A stretch of 64,000 bases of DNA from Nitrospirota bacterium (GCA_963845065.1 CAWJQQ010000008.1:512001-576000), one strand, 5' to 3'. Counted from the stretch's first letter, positions 51,226 to 61,031 are shown. Program-made: numbers and translations. The notes: generated from the letters alone by a model not told the origin.

Positions 51226-51649
51226 GAAGCCCCTTTCATTTCGAATCCACTTTAAACTTCACCGACGAATTTGTCAAGACATTGTGTTGATATATTGTTG
51301 ACAGATACAGATTTGATTATTTAAGAGTTTCAGAAAATCGAAAATTCAAGAGTTTCAGTATCAGAATTGAATGATAACTTCATTTAGTAATCGCCAATCG
51401 TCGCGCATACATTTCGCTCCGAAGTCCACCTACAATCATGCAGCGGTGTCGACTAAATTTTGATTCAAAATACTAAATAAAAATTGTAACGCGCGAGTGA
51501 GAGCTCTTAAGCGCGTCGTTATCGGCAGCACGTTGTAATGATTGCACTAGGTGTTGCCAGGGCTACCAGCTAAAATCTTCTCCCCCGCTGGTATTAATAC
51601 AAGTCTTTAACAAAGAGAGAATCTATGACCTCAGTCAGCTTGATACGCA

Positions 51650-51690
51650 ATCCCGGCCTCGTCCATACGTATTAAAGACTAGGCCGGGAT
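51650..51690 (-). terminator. Hairpin downstream of the Met-rich gene
   Basis: ATCCCGGCCT..AGGCCGGGAT. Confidence 0.55.
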
Positions 51691-51726
51691 GCTAAATTCA
51701 AATCAGATTTACCAATTCACAATTAG

Positions 51727-52482
51727 CTACATCATCTTCATTTTCATCGGTTCTGCGGATGCCATCTTATCGAGGAGATCAATAACATTCTTTGCGGCAT
51801 CGCCGATCTTATGCGTATCCGCCATCATTGCGTTGCCGCTAGTAACGCCCTTCTGGTGCATGTCCATCATCGCTTTGCCTGTCATGACTTCTGTGAGTAG
51901 AGCGCTGGCGTCTGACAGCATCATTTTCCCATGATCAATGGTATATTTGTCGACATCCTTTGACATCCCCATTTGTCCTAGCATCACCATGTTAGACCCT
52001 TGGACTGCCATCTCCAGCGCATGGTTTATCATGATATGCATGTGGTGCATGGTCATCATGTCCTCTGTCATCGGACCTTCCATACTCATAGTATCGAGCA
52101 GGTCCGTCACGGTCATGATCGCATTGCCCAATTCATGAGTATATTTCATCATGGGATCGTTGGCATGACCACCCTTGTGCAGAACCTGCATCTCCGGACC
52201 TTTCAGGGCTCGCTCAACAACCTCCTTACCATCCTTCATCATTTGACGACCGTGTTCAAGGGTCATTTGGTCCATCGCGGGCGTCATCTTCATATCGGCA
52301 AGCATGACCAGGTTCGAACCTTCAGCAACCATTTCAAGTCCGTGGTTCATCAACATATGCAGATGGTGCATGTCCATGGCGGCATCGCCTCCATGCTTGG
52401 CATAAGCCGTACCGAATAAACCAATTGACAGCATGAACACCACAGCCATTACAGCTCCTAAGAGTCTCTTCTTGCTTTTCAT
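51727..52482 (-). CDS. Periplasmic Met/His-rich two-repeat protein, putative metal binder
   Basis: Signal peptide ending AYA; repeats MHHLHMLMNHGLEM..GSNLVML and MHHMHIMINHALEM..GSNMVML; RBS AGGAG. Confidence 0.8.
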   Translation of the reverse strand: MKSKKRLLGAVMAVVFMLSIGLFGTAYAKHGGDAAMDMHHLHMLMNHGLEMVAEGSNLVMLADMKMTPAMDQMTLEHGRQMMKDGKEVVERALKGPEMQVLHKGGHANDPMMKYTHELGNAIMTVTDLLDTMSMEGPMTEDMMTMHHMHIMINHALEMAVQGSNMVMLGQMGMSKDVDKYTIDHGKMMLSDASALLTEVMTGKAMMDMHQKGVTSGNAMMADTHKIGDAAKNVIDLLDKMASAEPMKMKMM

Positions 52483-52842
52483 TTCATCTGCTCCTTTCGC
52501 CATAATTAGATTTTGCAACAGAATGAGTGATGTCTTTAAATCTAAAAATATCAAAATAATGCAATAGAGTCTGTCGCCGATTTCCCTCCTTCCCTCACTT
52601 TAATAAAAAATCTCTCTTATGAATGTAGCGCTCTGTGTTCAGCGATATAGCCCGATCTGAATTATTATCGATAACGGCATAAGCGTGCGCTATGCGAACA
52701 GTGACGTTAAGATACCAATATTATTAACTGTGCACTTTTACAGCATGCGTTCAGGAAGTTATCGTCTTAATGTCTCTTCATCGTGAGCATAAAGTACAAT
52801 AAAAAGTTAAACACGAATGTTCATCGGCCCCGTGTGCTATCT

Positions 52843-53904
52843 TTAAAATGAATAACGCATACCCACAGTGGTGGTGTAATGGGGCGCGAGTTGTATACCA
52901 TAGAGTTCCTGGTAGATGGGGTATTGATAGAAGGCGTATACCGAAACCTGCCGATTGATCGACACAGAGATGCCAGGGCTGATATAGAGCAATATTCCGC
53001 CTGTATTGAGTTCATCCGCGTTCGATCCCACATCATGCTGAACGTACCGATAATTTAGCTGAAGGATGGGGCCAACATTGGGAATGCCGGCGTATCGTAA
53101 ACCCAAGTTAAAGTTGAATCCATCGCCTGGCCTGTAATCATCCCTTGAATCCAGTGCCTTTTGAAACAATGCCTGGGTGAAGTAATCCCAGTCTTGGGAA
53201 AGACCATCAGCATAATATGCGCCCAGTATTACATCAGTGGTGCCGGTCCCCGGTTGCAAGCCGCGGTCAATCGCGACTGGACCAGGCGCGGTCGGATCAG
53301 TCGAGTTTCCTGTGTCAGTATAGCTCCCAGTCGGCAACTTGAGTCCATAGAGAATGCCAAACCTGCATTGTGGAGTGAAGCCCTGGTAACGGCCGATTAT
53401 TTTTACATCGCCAAAACTGTCAGTATGTGAGTCGTATTGACCTCCACCAGGGCCACCAGTAGAACCGTCCGATGCAGTTCCCAGCGTACTGTGCTTTCTG
53501 TCGATATAAGGTACTACAACATTAATACCCCAGTCGCGGCTTACGCTATAGTCGATTCCCAAGTTGACATAATTGTTTATGGTGAATTTCTCGACTTCCT
53601 TAGAACTGCCGTTGACCACAATTTGGCTGGCGGCCGCGGGTGAAATCGGTTTGGCCCCGCTCCGAAGCTGGTCTTGATCAATGTAGTTGTAGCTTAAATC
53701 GATCTTAAGCCCTGATGTAGAAGAAAACTGCAGATTTTCCCAATCATTACTCAATGTACATCCACAGCTTGCACATGCGTTTGCATCTCCTGAAGATAAG
53801 AGCAAAGAGATTGCTACAAGAATCGACGCGAGTACGCTGTAAAACAATGTTCGTGTAACTTTCTTCTGTTTCATTTGCCGCTTGAAATATCTTTTTACTC
53901 GCAT
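52843..53904 (-). CDS. Outer-membrane beta-barrel transporter with N-terminal CASCGC
   Basis: Signal peptide ending ANA, GLKLPTG, QPGTG.TD, terminal RYSF. Confidence 0.75.
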   Translation of the reverse strand: MRVKRYFKRQMKQKKVTRTLFYSVLASILVAISLLLSSGDANACASCGCTLSNDWENLQFSSTSGLKIDLSYNYIDQDQLRSGAKPISPAAASQIVVNGSSKEVEKFTINNYVNLGIDYSVSRDWGINVVVPYIDRKHSTLGTASDGSTGGPGGGQYDSHTDSFGDVKIIGRYQGFTPQCRFGILYGLKLPTGSYTDTGNSTDPTAPGPVAIDRGLQPGTGTTDVILGAYYADGLSQDWDYFTQALFQKALDSRDDYRPGDGFNFNLGLRYAGIPNVGPILQLNYRYVQHDVGSNADELNTGGILLYISPGISVSINRQVSVYAFYQYPIYQELYGIQLAPHYTTTVGMRYSF

Positions 53905-54225
53905 GGTGAAGCCTCCCCTTAATAAGCTTAGTTGTCGTTTCGTTTGATAACAAATAAGCCTTTTGTTAATGCTGATTTCAGTATTAATCATAAAACGCAT
54001 ATACGGCTTCTCTTCAAAACCTCATAAAAAAGACTCCACTCCTGAAACATCTAACCTTGGTAAATGATGATGGCTTGAACATTCCCGAAGTGGAGCCAAG
54101 CTTTAAAGGGGAGGATAGCCTATGAGAACTATCCCCAGAGATGCCATGCAGGCGTAAGCGTACGTTGTGCCTTTCTAAAAGCGAGGCAACAAAACTGACT
54201 CAAAAACTTCGGATGTGATTACAGA

Positions 54226-54504
54226 TCAGGCTTTTGGAGGACGTTCGTCTTGAAAGGCAGTCATGGTAGGCTTAAAAAAAGGATTTACAATTTCTAAAGT
54301 TTCTTGAAGGACCAGAGGAAGAGGATGACAAGGGCTCGTCTGTATACAGGGCATGTTACCAGTTGACGAAAGGACTGGAGTCGCTGAGTGACATACGTCA
54401 AGAGTGCCGATCATTGCATGCCCCGTATGGTTGCACGGGAAAGAAGGTGGAATAGCGATGGTGAGAGCGACTGCCAGAAGTACTATGACAGCTTGGCATT
54501 TCAT
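54226..54504 (-). CDS. Second leader-type exported Cys/His protein ending ERPPKA
   Basis: Hydrophobic N-terminus, CNH..DVCH..PC..PCH, C-terminal RPP. Confidence 0.65.
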   Translation of the reverse strand: MKCQAVIVLLAVALTIAIPPSFPCNHTGHAMIGTLDVCHSATPVLSSTGNMPCIQTSPCHPLPLVLQETLEIVNPFFKPTMTAFQDERPPKA

Positions 54505-54966
54505 AAAATTAGTTTAAGTTCAAAAGAGAAGGATGTCAACGTAAAGTTATAATTTTAACTGGTTATTTTAATAGCATAACGTTAACAATTTCTGGTTGAA
54601 ACTTATAATTGTTAAGGTAAATAGAATCTCCAACACTCCAGGATGTTATGTGTAGCTCCACATAATACTTAGGCTTCTTTCTGAAATGCCTTATTCAGAA
54701 AGAAGCTGGTTGAACTATGCCGTACGCGCCACGACGCTATGGGATTTCAAATGATTTTTCTCTTTAAAGCGAGGGTATTGAGTACTGCATCGGCTGGGGC
54801 ATAAGGCCTGTGACGGGTGATTTTCGCGTGAGAAGAAGCGATTCAAGGCAATTTCGCAATCCCAACTCGCAGGAAAAATGACCTTTGGACAATAGAATAT
54901 TGTTGCGAAGAACATGACCGTTTTCGGATTGGGACAGGGAGGCTGTTTTTTCGGTTTGAGTGATGT

Positions 54967-56160
54967 TCATATGCGTGGCGGTCCTTTGCAACGAGCAGGC
55001 TGTATAATCTCCATGGTATGCATTTTTCGTTCACCGCAGGCAGGACATAATGCGATGTCGATGCCGGTAAATCGGAGTAAAGCTTCTTGCCACGTTTCTG
55101 TCTTCTGTTCCGATTCGTTCTGATTGGTGCAGGCCAGAAGCTCTCTGCACCGGTCGAGTTTCTTCCTGCGGCATCTGTTTCCCAACAAGCTGTAATGTCT
55201 GATTTTCACAAACTTGTCAGGCAACACATGAAGCAGGAACCGCCGAATGAACTCATCGGCTTTAAGGGGCATGATCTTGACTTTGTTGTTATCGGAGTAG
55301 TCCCGCCACCGGAAAGAGACTTCGTCGTTTTCGAGCTTCACGAGTCGGTGATTGCTGATCGCGATTCGGTGGGTGTATCTGCCGAGATACTCAAGAACGT
55401 CCTTGGTTTCGTTAAAGGGTGGCTTGCAGTAGACGACCCACTTCTTTTTATACAGGTCGGTGATTAAGGCATTGAAAGCCCCCGGCGATGCAAGATGGCT
55501 TATGTCGCCGGGGTAAACGAGTTTGTTTTCGACACGAAACTTTTTCAGATAAGCGAGTAACTTCCCCCGGAACAGACGAGACATGACCTTGACGGGGAGA
55601 AAGAAGTCATCTTTGCATGACTTCCATTTTCGTCCGTCATGGGACAGTCCTCCGCCAGTAACGATGTTGTGGATGTGTGGATGTTGCATGAGGTTCTGTC
55701 CCCAGGTGTGCAGGATGCTGATGAACCCGATCTCTGCTCCCAGGTGTTTCGGGTTTTTCGAGAGTTCCGTAAGAGTCTCCGAAACGGCTTTGAACAGGAT
55801 CCCATAGAGGACTTCCTGATTCCGGAGGACAAGAGGATTCAGCTTATCAGGAATGGTGAAAACAACGTGAAAGTACGGTATGGGAAGCAGGTCTTTTTCC
55901 CGGTCCTCGATCCACTTTTCCTTCTTCAGGAACTGGCATTTGGGACAGTGCCGGTTTCTGCAGGAGTTGTACGAGATCACCTTTGTCCCACAGTGCTCAC
56001 ACTCATCCACGTGGCCACCCAAATCAGCTGTGCGGCAAGTTTCTATTGCGCGCATAGCGCGAAGACGATTCGCGGGCATGGGATGGGCGCTGCGGTAATC
56101 AGGGCCGTACCGGCGTAGGATATCCGCAACCTCAAGCTGTCTGACTTCTCGTGCACACAT
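54967..56160 (-). CDS. IS91-family Y2 transposase
   Basis: NSCRNRHCPKC, HTWG..HPHIH, YLGRY. Confidence 0.92.
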   Translation of the reverse strand: MCAREVRQLEVADILRRYGPDYRSAHPMPANRLRAMRAIETCRTADLGGHVDECEHCGTKVISYNSCRNRHCPKCQFLKKEKWIEDREKDLLPIPYFHVVFTIPDKLNPLVLRNQEVLYGILFKAVSETLTELSKNPKHLGAEIGFISILHTWGQNLMQHPHIHNIVTGGGLSHDGRKWKSCKDDFFLPVKVMSRLFRGKLLAYLKKFRVENKLVYPGDISHLASPGAFNALITDLYKKKWVVYCKPPFNETKDVLEYLGRYTHRIAISNHRLVKLENDEVSFRWRDYSDNNKVKIMPLKADEFIRRFLLHVLPDKFVKIRHYSLLGNRCRRKKLDRCRELLACTNQNESEQKTETWQEALLRFTGIDIALCPACGERKMHTMEIIQPARCKGPPRI

Positions 56161-56182
56161 GGCGAAGCGACAAGCGGTCCGG

Positions 56183-57040
56183 CTACGAAGTCTTTTCGGA
56201 GTTAGAGGAATTGTCGATATCGAGAGGACTCACGATCTTTGATAGGTTTTTCTTGCTCACGTGGAGGTAGATCGTGGTCGTCCTGATTGATGCGTGGCCC
56301 AACAGCAGTTGAATGTTATAAAGGTCCACCCCGGCCTCGAGCAAATGTGTTGCAAAGCTGTGTCTCAGGCTATGGCAGCTTGCGGACTTGATGATGCCGG
56401 ACTTGCGTTTCGCGCGTTTGAACGCTTGCTGGATGGTGGTAATGCTTATGGGCTGTCCAGGAATTCCTCCTGGGAAGAGCCAGTGTTTGGGGAGATACTT
56501 CTTAAAGTACTCTCGGAGTGTCTCTAGGGTGCGCTTCGACAACAAGGTATACCGATCCTTTTTCCCTTTGCCTTGTTCTACACGGAGAAGCATACGCTTA
56601 CTGTCGATGTCGGATATTTTGAGATGGGCGGTCTCGCTTACCCGGAGGCCTGCGGAGTAGGTTACCATCAGCATCGCGCGCTGCTTCAGGCCGCCAGCGG
56701 ACATCAGTATGGTTTCGACTTCGTTCCGTTCGAGAACGGTGGGAAGCTTTTTGGCCGACTTTGGATAGGGTATTTTGTCCATCACCCATCTTTTTTTGAG
56801 CGTGGTTTCATAAAGAAACCGCAGCGCGGCGTAGGTGATTTTCAAAGAGGATGGGGATAGTTTCCTGTTCTGGACGACGGACAGCAGGAACGACTTGATG
56901 TCGTTCTGCCCAAGACGGTCGGGCGGCTTGTTGAAATGCAGCTCTAAATAGCGAGCTGCCCGGTGATACGCTTCTTGCGTATGCGGACTAAAGTTACGAA
57001 GCACCATGTCGCCTTGCATCTGTTCTTTGAACGTTTCCAT
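56183..57040 (-). CDS. Tyrosine recombinase/integrase
   Basis: AGLRVSE, GKGKKDR, HSLRHSFATHLLE, LLGH..TTIY. Confidence 0.92.
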   Translation of the reverse strand: METFKEQMQGDMVLRNFSPHTQEAYHRAARYLELHFNKPPDRLGQNDIKSFLLSVVQNRKLSPSSLKITYAALRFLYETTLKKRWVMDKIPYPKSAKKLPTVLERNEVETILMSAGGLKQRAMLMVTYSAGLRVSETAHLKISDIDSKRMLLRVEQGKGKKDRYTLLSKRTLETLREYFKKYLPKHWLFPGGIPGQPISITTIQQAFKRAKRKSGIIKSASCHSLRHSFATHLLEAGVDLYNIQLLLGHASIRTTTIYLHVSKKNLSKIVSPLDIDNSSNSEKTS

Positions 57041-57835
57041 TGCACAATCTCCTTCCGCTGACTTGAAATTCCAACGGCGTGACGCCGATGGTGATGCGAG
57101 GGAAAATTGTAAATCAGCAGGGATTGTGAAGCAATATGTGAGAGCGTGATATTATTTGGAGATAATTGCGAAGGGATTGCAGATAAAATCAGTGGTGAGT
57201 GAAGAGTACCGCCGCGTAGCGGCTTAGTTCAACACCTATTATGTGAAGTTCTGCATTATGTGAAGCGTTTTCATTAAATCCTTCATTGATGCGTATTCTG
57301 CAAGAATTTACTCTACATAATAATGCCGCTGTCTTTGATATCCCCTTCATAGAAGCCAATCAAATGAGACGGTGTATATGACCACATCACATGAGGAAAG
57401 TAAATTGAATTGGAAGGAATCCGTCGCGATTTAAGCTGCTCCGAGAGCATCTTTATTCTTTTGGGTCCGGGTCCAAGGGCGATGATCTAAAAAACCTGAT
57501 CAAGCAAAGTAACAGCATCATATACTGACTGGAGCCGCCGCAAACCCCATCATTATGTGAAGTAACTTTCTCGGGAAGTACTGTGATTCCCATACCATCG
57601 CCGTTTACTTCACATATCACCTACTATCATGGAATGTCAGAGATATGACATGGGTAAAGAATACTAGATCATAATTGCACATATGAAAGAACACTGTCAA
57701 TTTTTGTCTTGTGATTTTGATAGTAAGCGTAAGTATGATAAATGGGATAATGTTGCAAACATAAGGGTCATCCTGAGATTAACGAGATTTTCTAACAGAT
57801 GAGTCTTTTGCTATTTTGTTCATCATCAACAATCT

Positions 57836-59338
57836 CTATTTTTTTAGAATCTCTTCCGCGCAGAACCAGCCGCTTAACATCGCCCCCGTAAATCCTCCCC
57901 CCGGCATTGTCCAGGCTGAGGCGAAATATAAATTTTCAACCGGTGATTTCTGGCCAAACCTTCTGATACTGGCCTGGCTGGGTATCTGCGAGAAACCATA
58001 TGCCGTGCCATTCGGATTTAATGTATAGCGTTCAATTGTTTTTGGCGTACCGACTTCATAGTATTCAATCTGGTCTTTGATCCCCGGGATAAGCTTATCA
58101 AGCTTCTCAATGTAAATTTTTGCAACGTCGACTTTTTTTGCTTTATATTCGATCTCGCTCAATTTCTTCCAATCGTCGATATAGTCGATCGTGCAAATAA
58201 CACCAACCCCCTTGCCCGGCGCCGCCAGCTGTGAGTCTATCTGGCTGTAATCGACAAAGACAAAGCCTCTTTCTTTAAAATCAACATGATAATTCAGACC
58301 GTGCATATCATGCACGCCTGGATTAAAGACGAAAGTCGAATAATGCTTGTTTCCCATCTCTTTGATGGGTTTTTTAAAAAAGAGGTAAACACTCAAAATC
58401 GAGCAGGCAATTTCCATTTTATTGATTTTTGCTTTTGTGCCTACTGTTAATTCTTCCGGCAAAAGATCATTAACAACATTAGGGACGGCGGCGTTGGCAA
58501 TGACTTCATTGCCAAATATCTTTACTGGCGAATCCGGACTTGATTTTTTATGATATTCTACACCTATTGCTTTATTATTTTCCGTTAGAATTTTATCCGC
58601 TTTGTGACCCAACAGAATTTTACCGCCATTATCGGTAATAAGCTTTGCCAGATAATCGGATAGTTTTTGAGAACCGCCTTTTATGTAATATCCGCCTAAA
58701 TAAAAACTCGATTGGGCGATGGCAAAATAGGAATATGCCATCGTTTCCGGATTGTCGTGGTAATAGCCAATATTTGCCGTCAACACCAGTTTCAATTCAT
58801 TATTTTTAATGAGCTTATTCATAACCTGGCTGACTGTCTTATTCAGGGAAAAAATAATGCGCGGGTATAGTAACGGGAAAAGAGGTAACTGAAGAAGCAG
58901 TTTCAGGCCTGGACGTGGCATTCTATTCAATTCGTTTCGAAAACCCATGATTGCACTAAAAAACTTCTTAATGCCTTTTTCTTCTTCAGGATATTTTTCA
59001 ATCAATATATTTTCTGCTTCTTTACGATTATCGGGAATGACAATATCAACCCGGCTGTTTGTAAAACGATAAAATTCCGGCAGTTTGAGAAATTCGATGT
59101 TTTCAACAATTTTCAAATCCCTAAAAATGTCACTTTGCATGCCACCTTCCTCTATGCCGCCGATTTCATGCAGGCCAACATCCATACTGGAACCGACACG
59201 CTTAAAATTGGTCGCGCAACCTCCCGGAATATGGTGCTGTTCTATTAAAAAAACTTTTTTCCCTTCTTTGGTTAATTTTGCTCCGGCAACCAGCCCGCCA
59301 AGACCGGCGCCAATGATTATTATGTCATATTTTCCCAT
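57836..59338 (-). CDS. Phytoene desaturase/retinol saturase-like FAD oxidoreductase
   Basis: GAGLGGL, PGGC, GGSQKLS, TPKTIERY, PGGG..GAM.SG. Confidence 0.88.
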   Translation of the reverse strand: MGKYDIIIIGAGLGGLVAGAKLTKEGKKVFLIEQHHIPGGCATNFKRVGSSMDVGLHEIGGIEEGGMQSDIFRDLKIVENIEFLKLPEFYRFTNSRVDIVIPDNRKEAENILIEKYPEEEKGIKKFFSAIMGFRNELNRMPRPGLKLLLQLPLFPLLYPRIIFSLNKTVSQVMNKLIKNNELKLVLTANIGYYHDNPETMAYSYFAIAQSSFYLGGYYIKGGSQKLSDYLAKLITDNGGKILLGHKADKILTENNKAIGVEYHKKSSPDSPVKIFGNEVIANAAVPNVVNDLLPEELTVGTKAKINKMEIACSILSVYLFFKKPIKEMGNKHYSTFVFNPGVHDMHGLNYHVDFKERGFVFVDYSQIDSQLAAPGKGVGVICTIDYIDDWKKLSEIEYKAKKVDVAKIYIEKLDKLIPGIKDQIEYYEVGTPKTIERYTLNPNGTAYGFSQIPSQASIRRFGQKSPVENLYFASAWTMPGGGFTGAMLSGWFCAEEILKK

Positions 59339-59454
59339 TGCTTTTCCCCTTTGATAATAACGTATAGGTTTATTATTGGTTGATGCGCCGAAGAGATTAT
59401 TCTCCGACCTGTTACGACCTGTTGGGTTGCTAGCACATCTGGCGAACCATTGCG

Positions 59455-59763
59455 CTAGAAGACCGTAATGCCATTGTTACCCTTGTTCATTATTGTCTGC
59501 GATACTACGGTGGTGCAGGAGCTCTGCACTTTCACTCCTGTCTTCCCAATATCGAAGGCGGTTATGACATTGAGGGGCTTTGCTGCATCCTGTTCGACCG
59601 ATCCCACTAGATTGTTGCAGGTGGACTCATGCCTAAGATCGAAATACGTGATTCCATTGGACAGATGTTCTCCTGTCCCAGCAGCTGATTGGTTAACCGC
59701 AGCATAAGCTGCGCCAACGGTGAAGACCAAAATTATCATTACCATCATCATTGATTTTTTCAT
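59455..59763 (-). CDS. Small secreted protein with three NGIT.F-like repeats
   Basis: Signal peptide; NGITYFD, NVITAFD, NGITVF. Confidence 0.65.
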   Translation of the reverse strand: MKKSMMMVMIILVFTVGAAYAAVNQSAAGTGEHLSNGITYFDLRHESTCNNLVGSVEQDAAKPLNVITAFDIGKTGVKVQSSCTTVVSQTIMNKGNNGITVF

Positions 59764-60355
59764 TGTAGTTCCTTTCCTTGGTTAGTTGTTGTACTTCAGT
59801 TTATAATCGACAATACTCATGACAACAGATAGCTCCCAACAGGTATCTTTCTCTTATGAATCCTAGTTCTTTTCAATTTTTCTCCGCTTCTCCGGTCTCA
59901 TGACGATCCATACGATGAAAATAAAGCGCGACCTACCCTTTTGATACTATGATAGACAGGTTTGACTGTGTTGACAATGAATATGCGATGGAAGGGATAA
60001 TAGAGGGACCAAAGGCAGGAAAGACTGATGAACGGTTTCTCTTACGTCCGTCGAAAGAGAAGGGGATAGGCCCGACTTACCGAGAGGTCATCCCATATAT
60101 CCTTGGACTTTAACGTATGCGTGCTGGCCAAAGAGTGACTTACACTCTGAATGGTTCTAGTATATACAATGGCAGTCCTTTGTGCGCGCCAGAATTGGAC
60201 TAAGTGGAGCGAGACCTGCCACTTTGTTGTCCCAGCATTGTAATCCCTTTTTACGAAGTAAGTTCAGCTGCCGGTTTCTTAACATCTACCCGAGCAAGGA
60301 TTAAAGTTAAACTAGAATTGCAACGAGAAAGGTGATTGCAAAGGAGGTGACAACA

Positions 60356-60559
60356 ATGACGTACAGCATGACCTGCAGTTGCGGCGATGTGATGACGGTC
60401 CAAGGTAATACGAGGGATGAAGCTGTCAAGAACCTGAAGTCATTGATGAATAAAGAAGCGGTGACTGAGCATATGGCGCGGAAACACGCGGGGGGGAAAG
60501 CACCTACCCTGGGGCAAGTGCACGCAATGATAGAGCAAGGGTTGAAAGCAGCAGTGTAA
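60356..60559 (+). CDS. Small DUF1059-like metal-binding protein
   Basis: RBS GGAGG; CSCG..EHM..KH. Confidence 0.65.
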   Translation: MTYSMTCSCGDVMTVQGNTRDEAVKNLKSLMNKEAVTEHMARKHAGGKAPTLGQVHAMIEQGLKAAV

Positions 60560-60588
60560 AATCTGTCGAATCGATTATGATAGTGCTC

Positions 60589-60619
60589 AACCCACAGACT
60601 CCAGTCTGCGGGTTTTTTT
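60589..60619 (+). terminator. Intrinsic terminator
   Basis: ACCCACAGACT-CC-AGTCTGCGGGT followed by a T run. Confidence 0.75.
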
Positions 60620-61001
60620 GCGAGCCGTGAATGTTCGACAGCTTGGAAGTACAAGTCCGCGAACCAGCCTGAGGAGGTGAAGGGTTATCGCAGGAATCCA
60701 TCGCGAAATGGAGTCTAAAAGAAGCGTTGAGTAAATCACGAGCCGATGAAAAAATACCTGATATGAGGTATGAGCGCCGGACGCGCGAGCAAATGACCAC
60801 GAAGTTCACATGATACAGAATGGACATCGCAGTACAACCTACAATCAATATCCTCTACGTCAATCAATACAGAATCTCTGTGAGGTTCACCTACTATCTT
60901 GCAATGTTAATGTTTTGACGATAACAAAGGATTCTGGTTGTATTATGCAATCGAGAAAATCCCACTTTTGGCTGGAACAATTTATTGGGGGCTCAGTTAA
61001 T

Positions 61002-61031
61002 GAAAGGCCAGGCATTCCTGCCTGGCCTTTC
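61002..61031. terminator. Perfect 13-bp hairpin
   Basis: GAAAGGCCAGGCA-TTCC-TGCCTGGCCTTTC. Confidence 0.65.

Larger units (their letters stand above)
54666..57232 (-). mobile_element. Tyrosine recombinase + IS91-family element, copy 3 (divergent)
   Basis: Starts G|TTGAACTAAGCCGCTACGCGGC; ends CGGCATAGTTCAAC, 13-bp hairpin, CTAAGTA|TT. Confidence 0.82.

Noticed and set aside
51284..51308. Possible NikR-type operator upstream of the DUF2946 leader
   Set aside because: Half-sites and spacing match poorly
56183..57040. Integron integrase IntI
   Set aside because: Lacks the IntI-specific insertion between the KDR and WLFP patches and is coupled to an IS91 transposase
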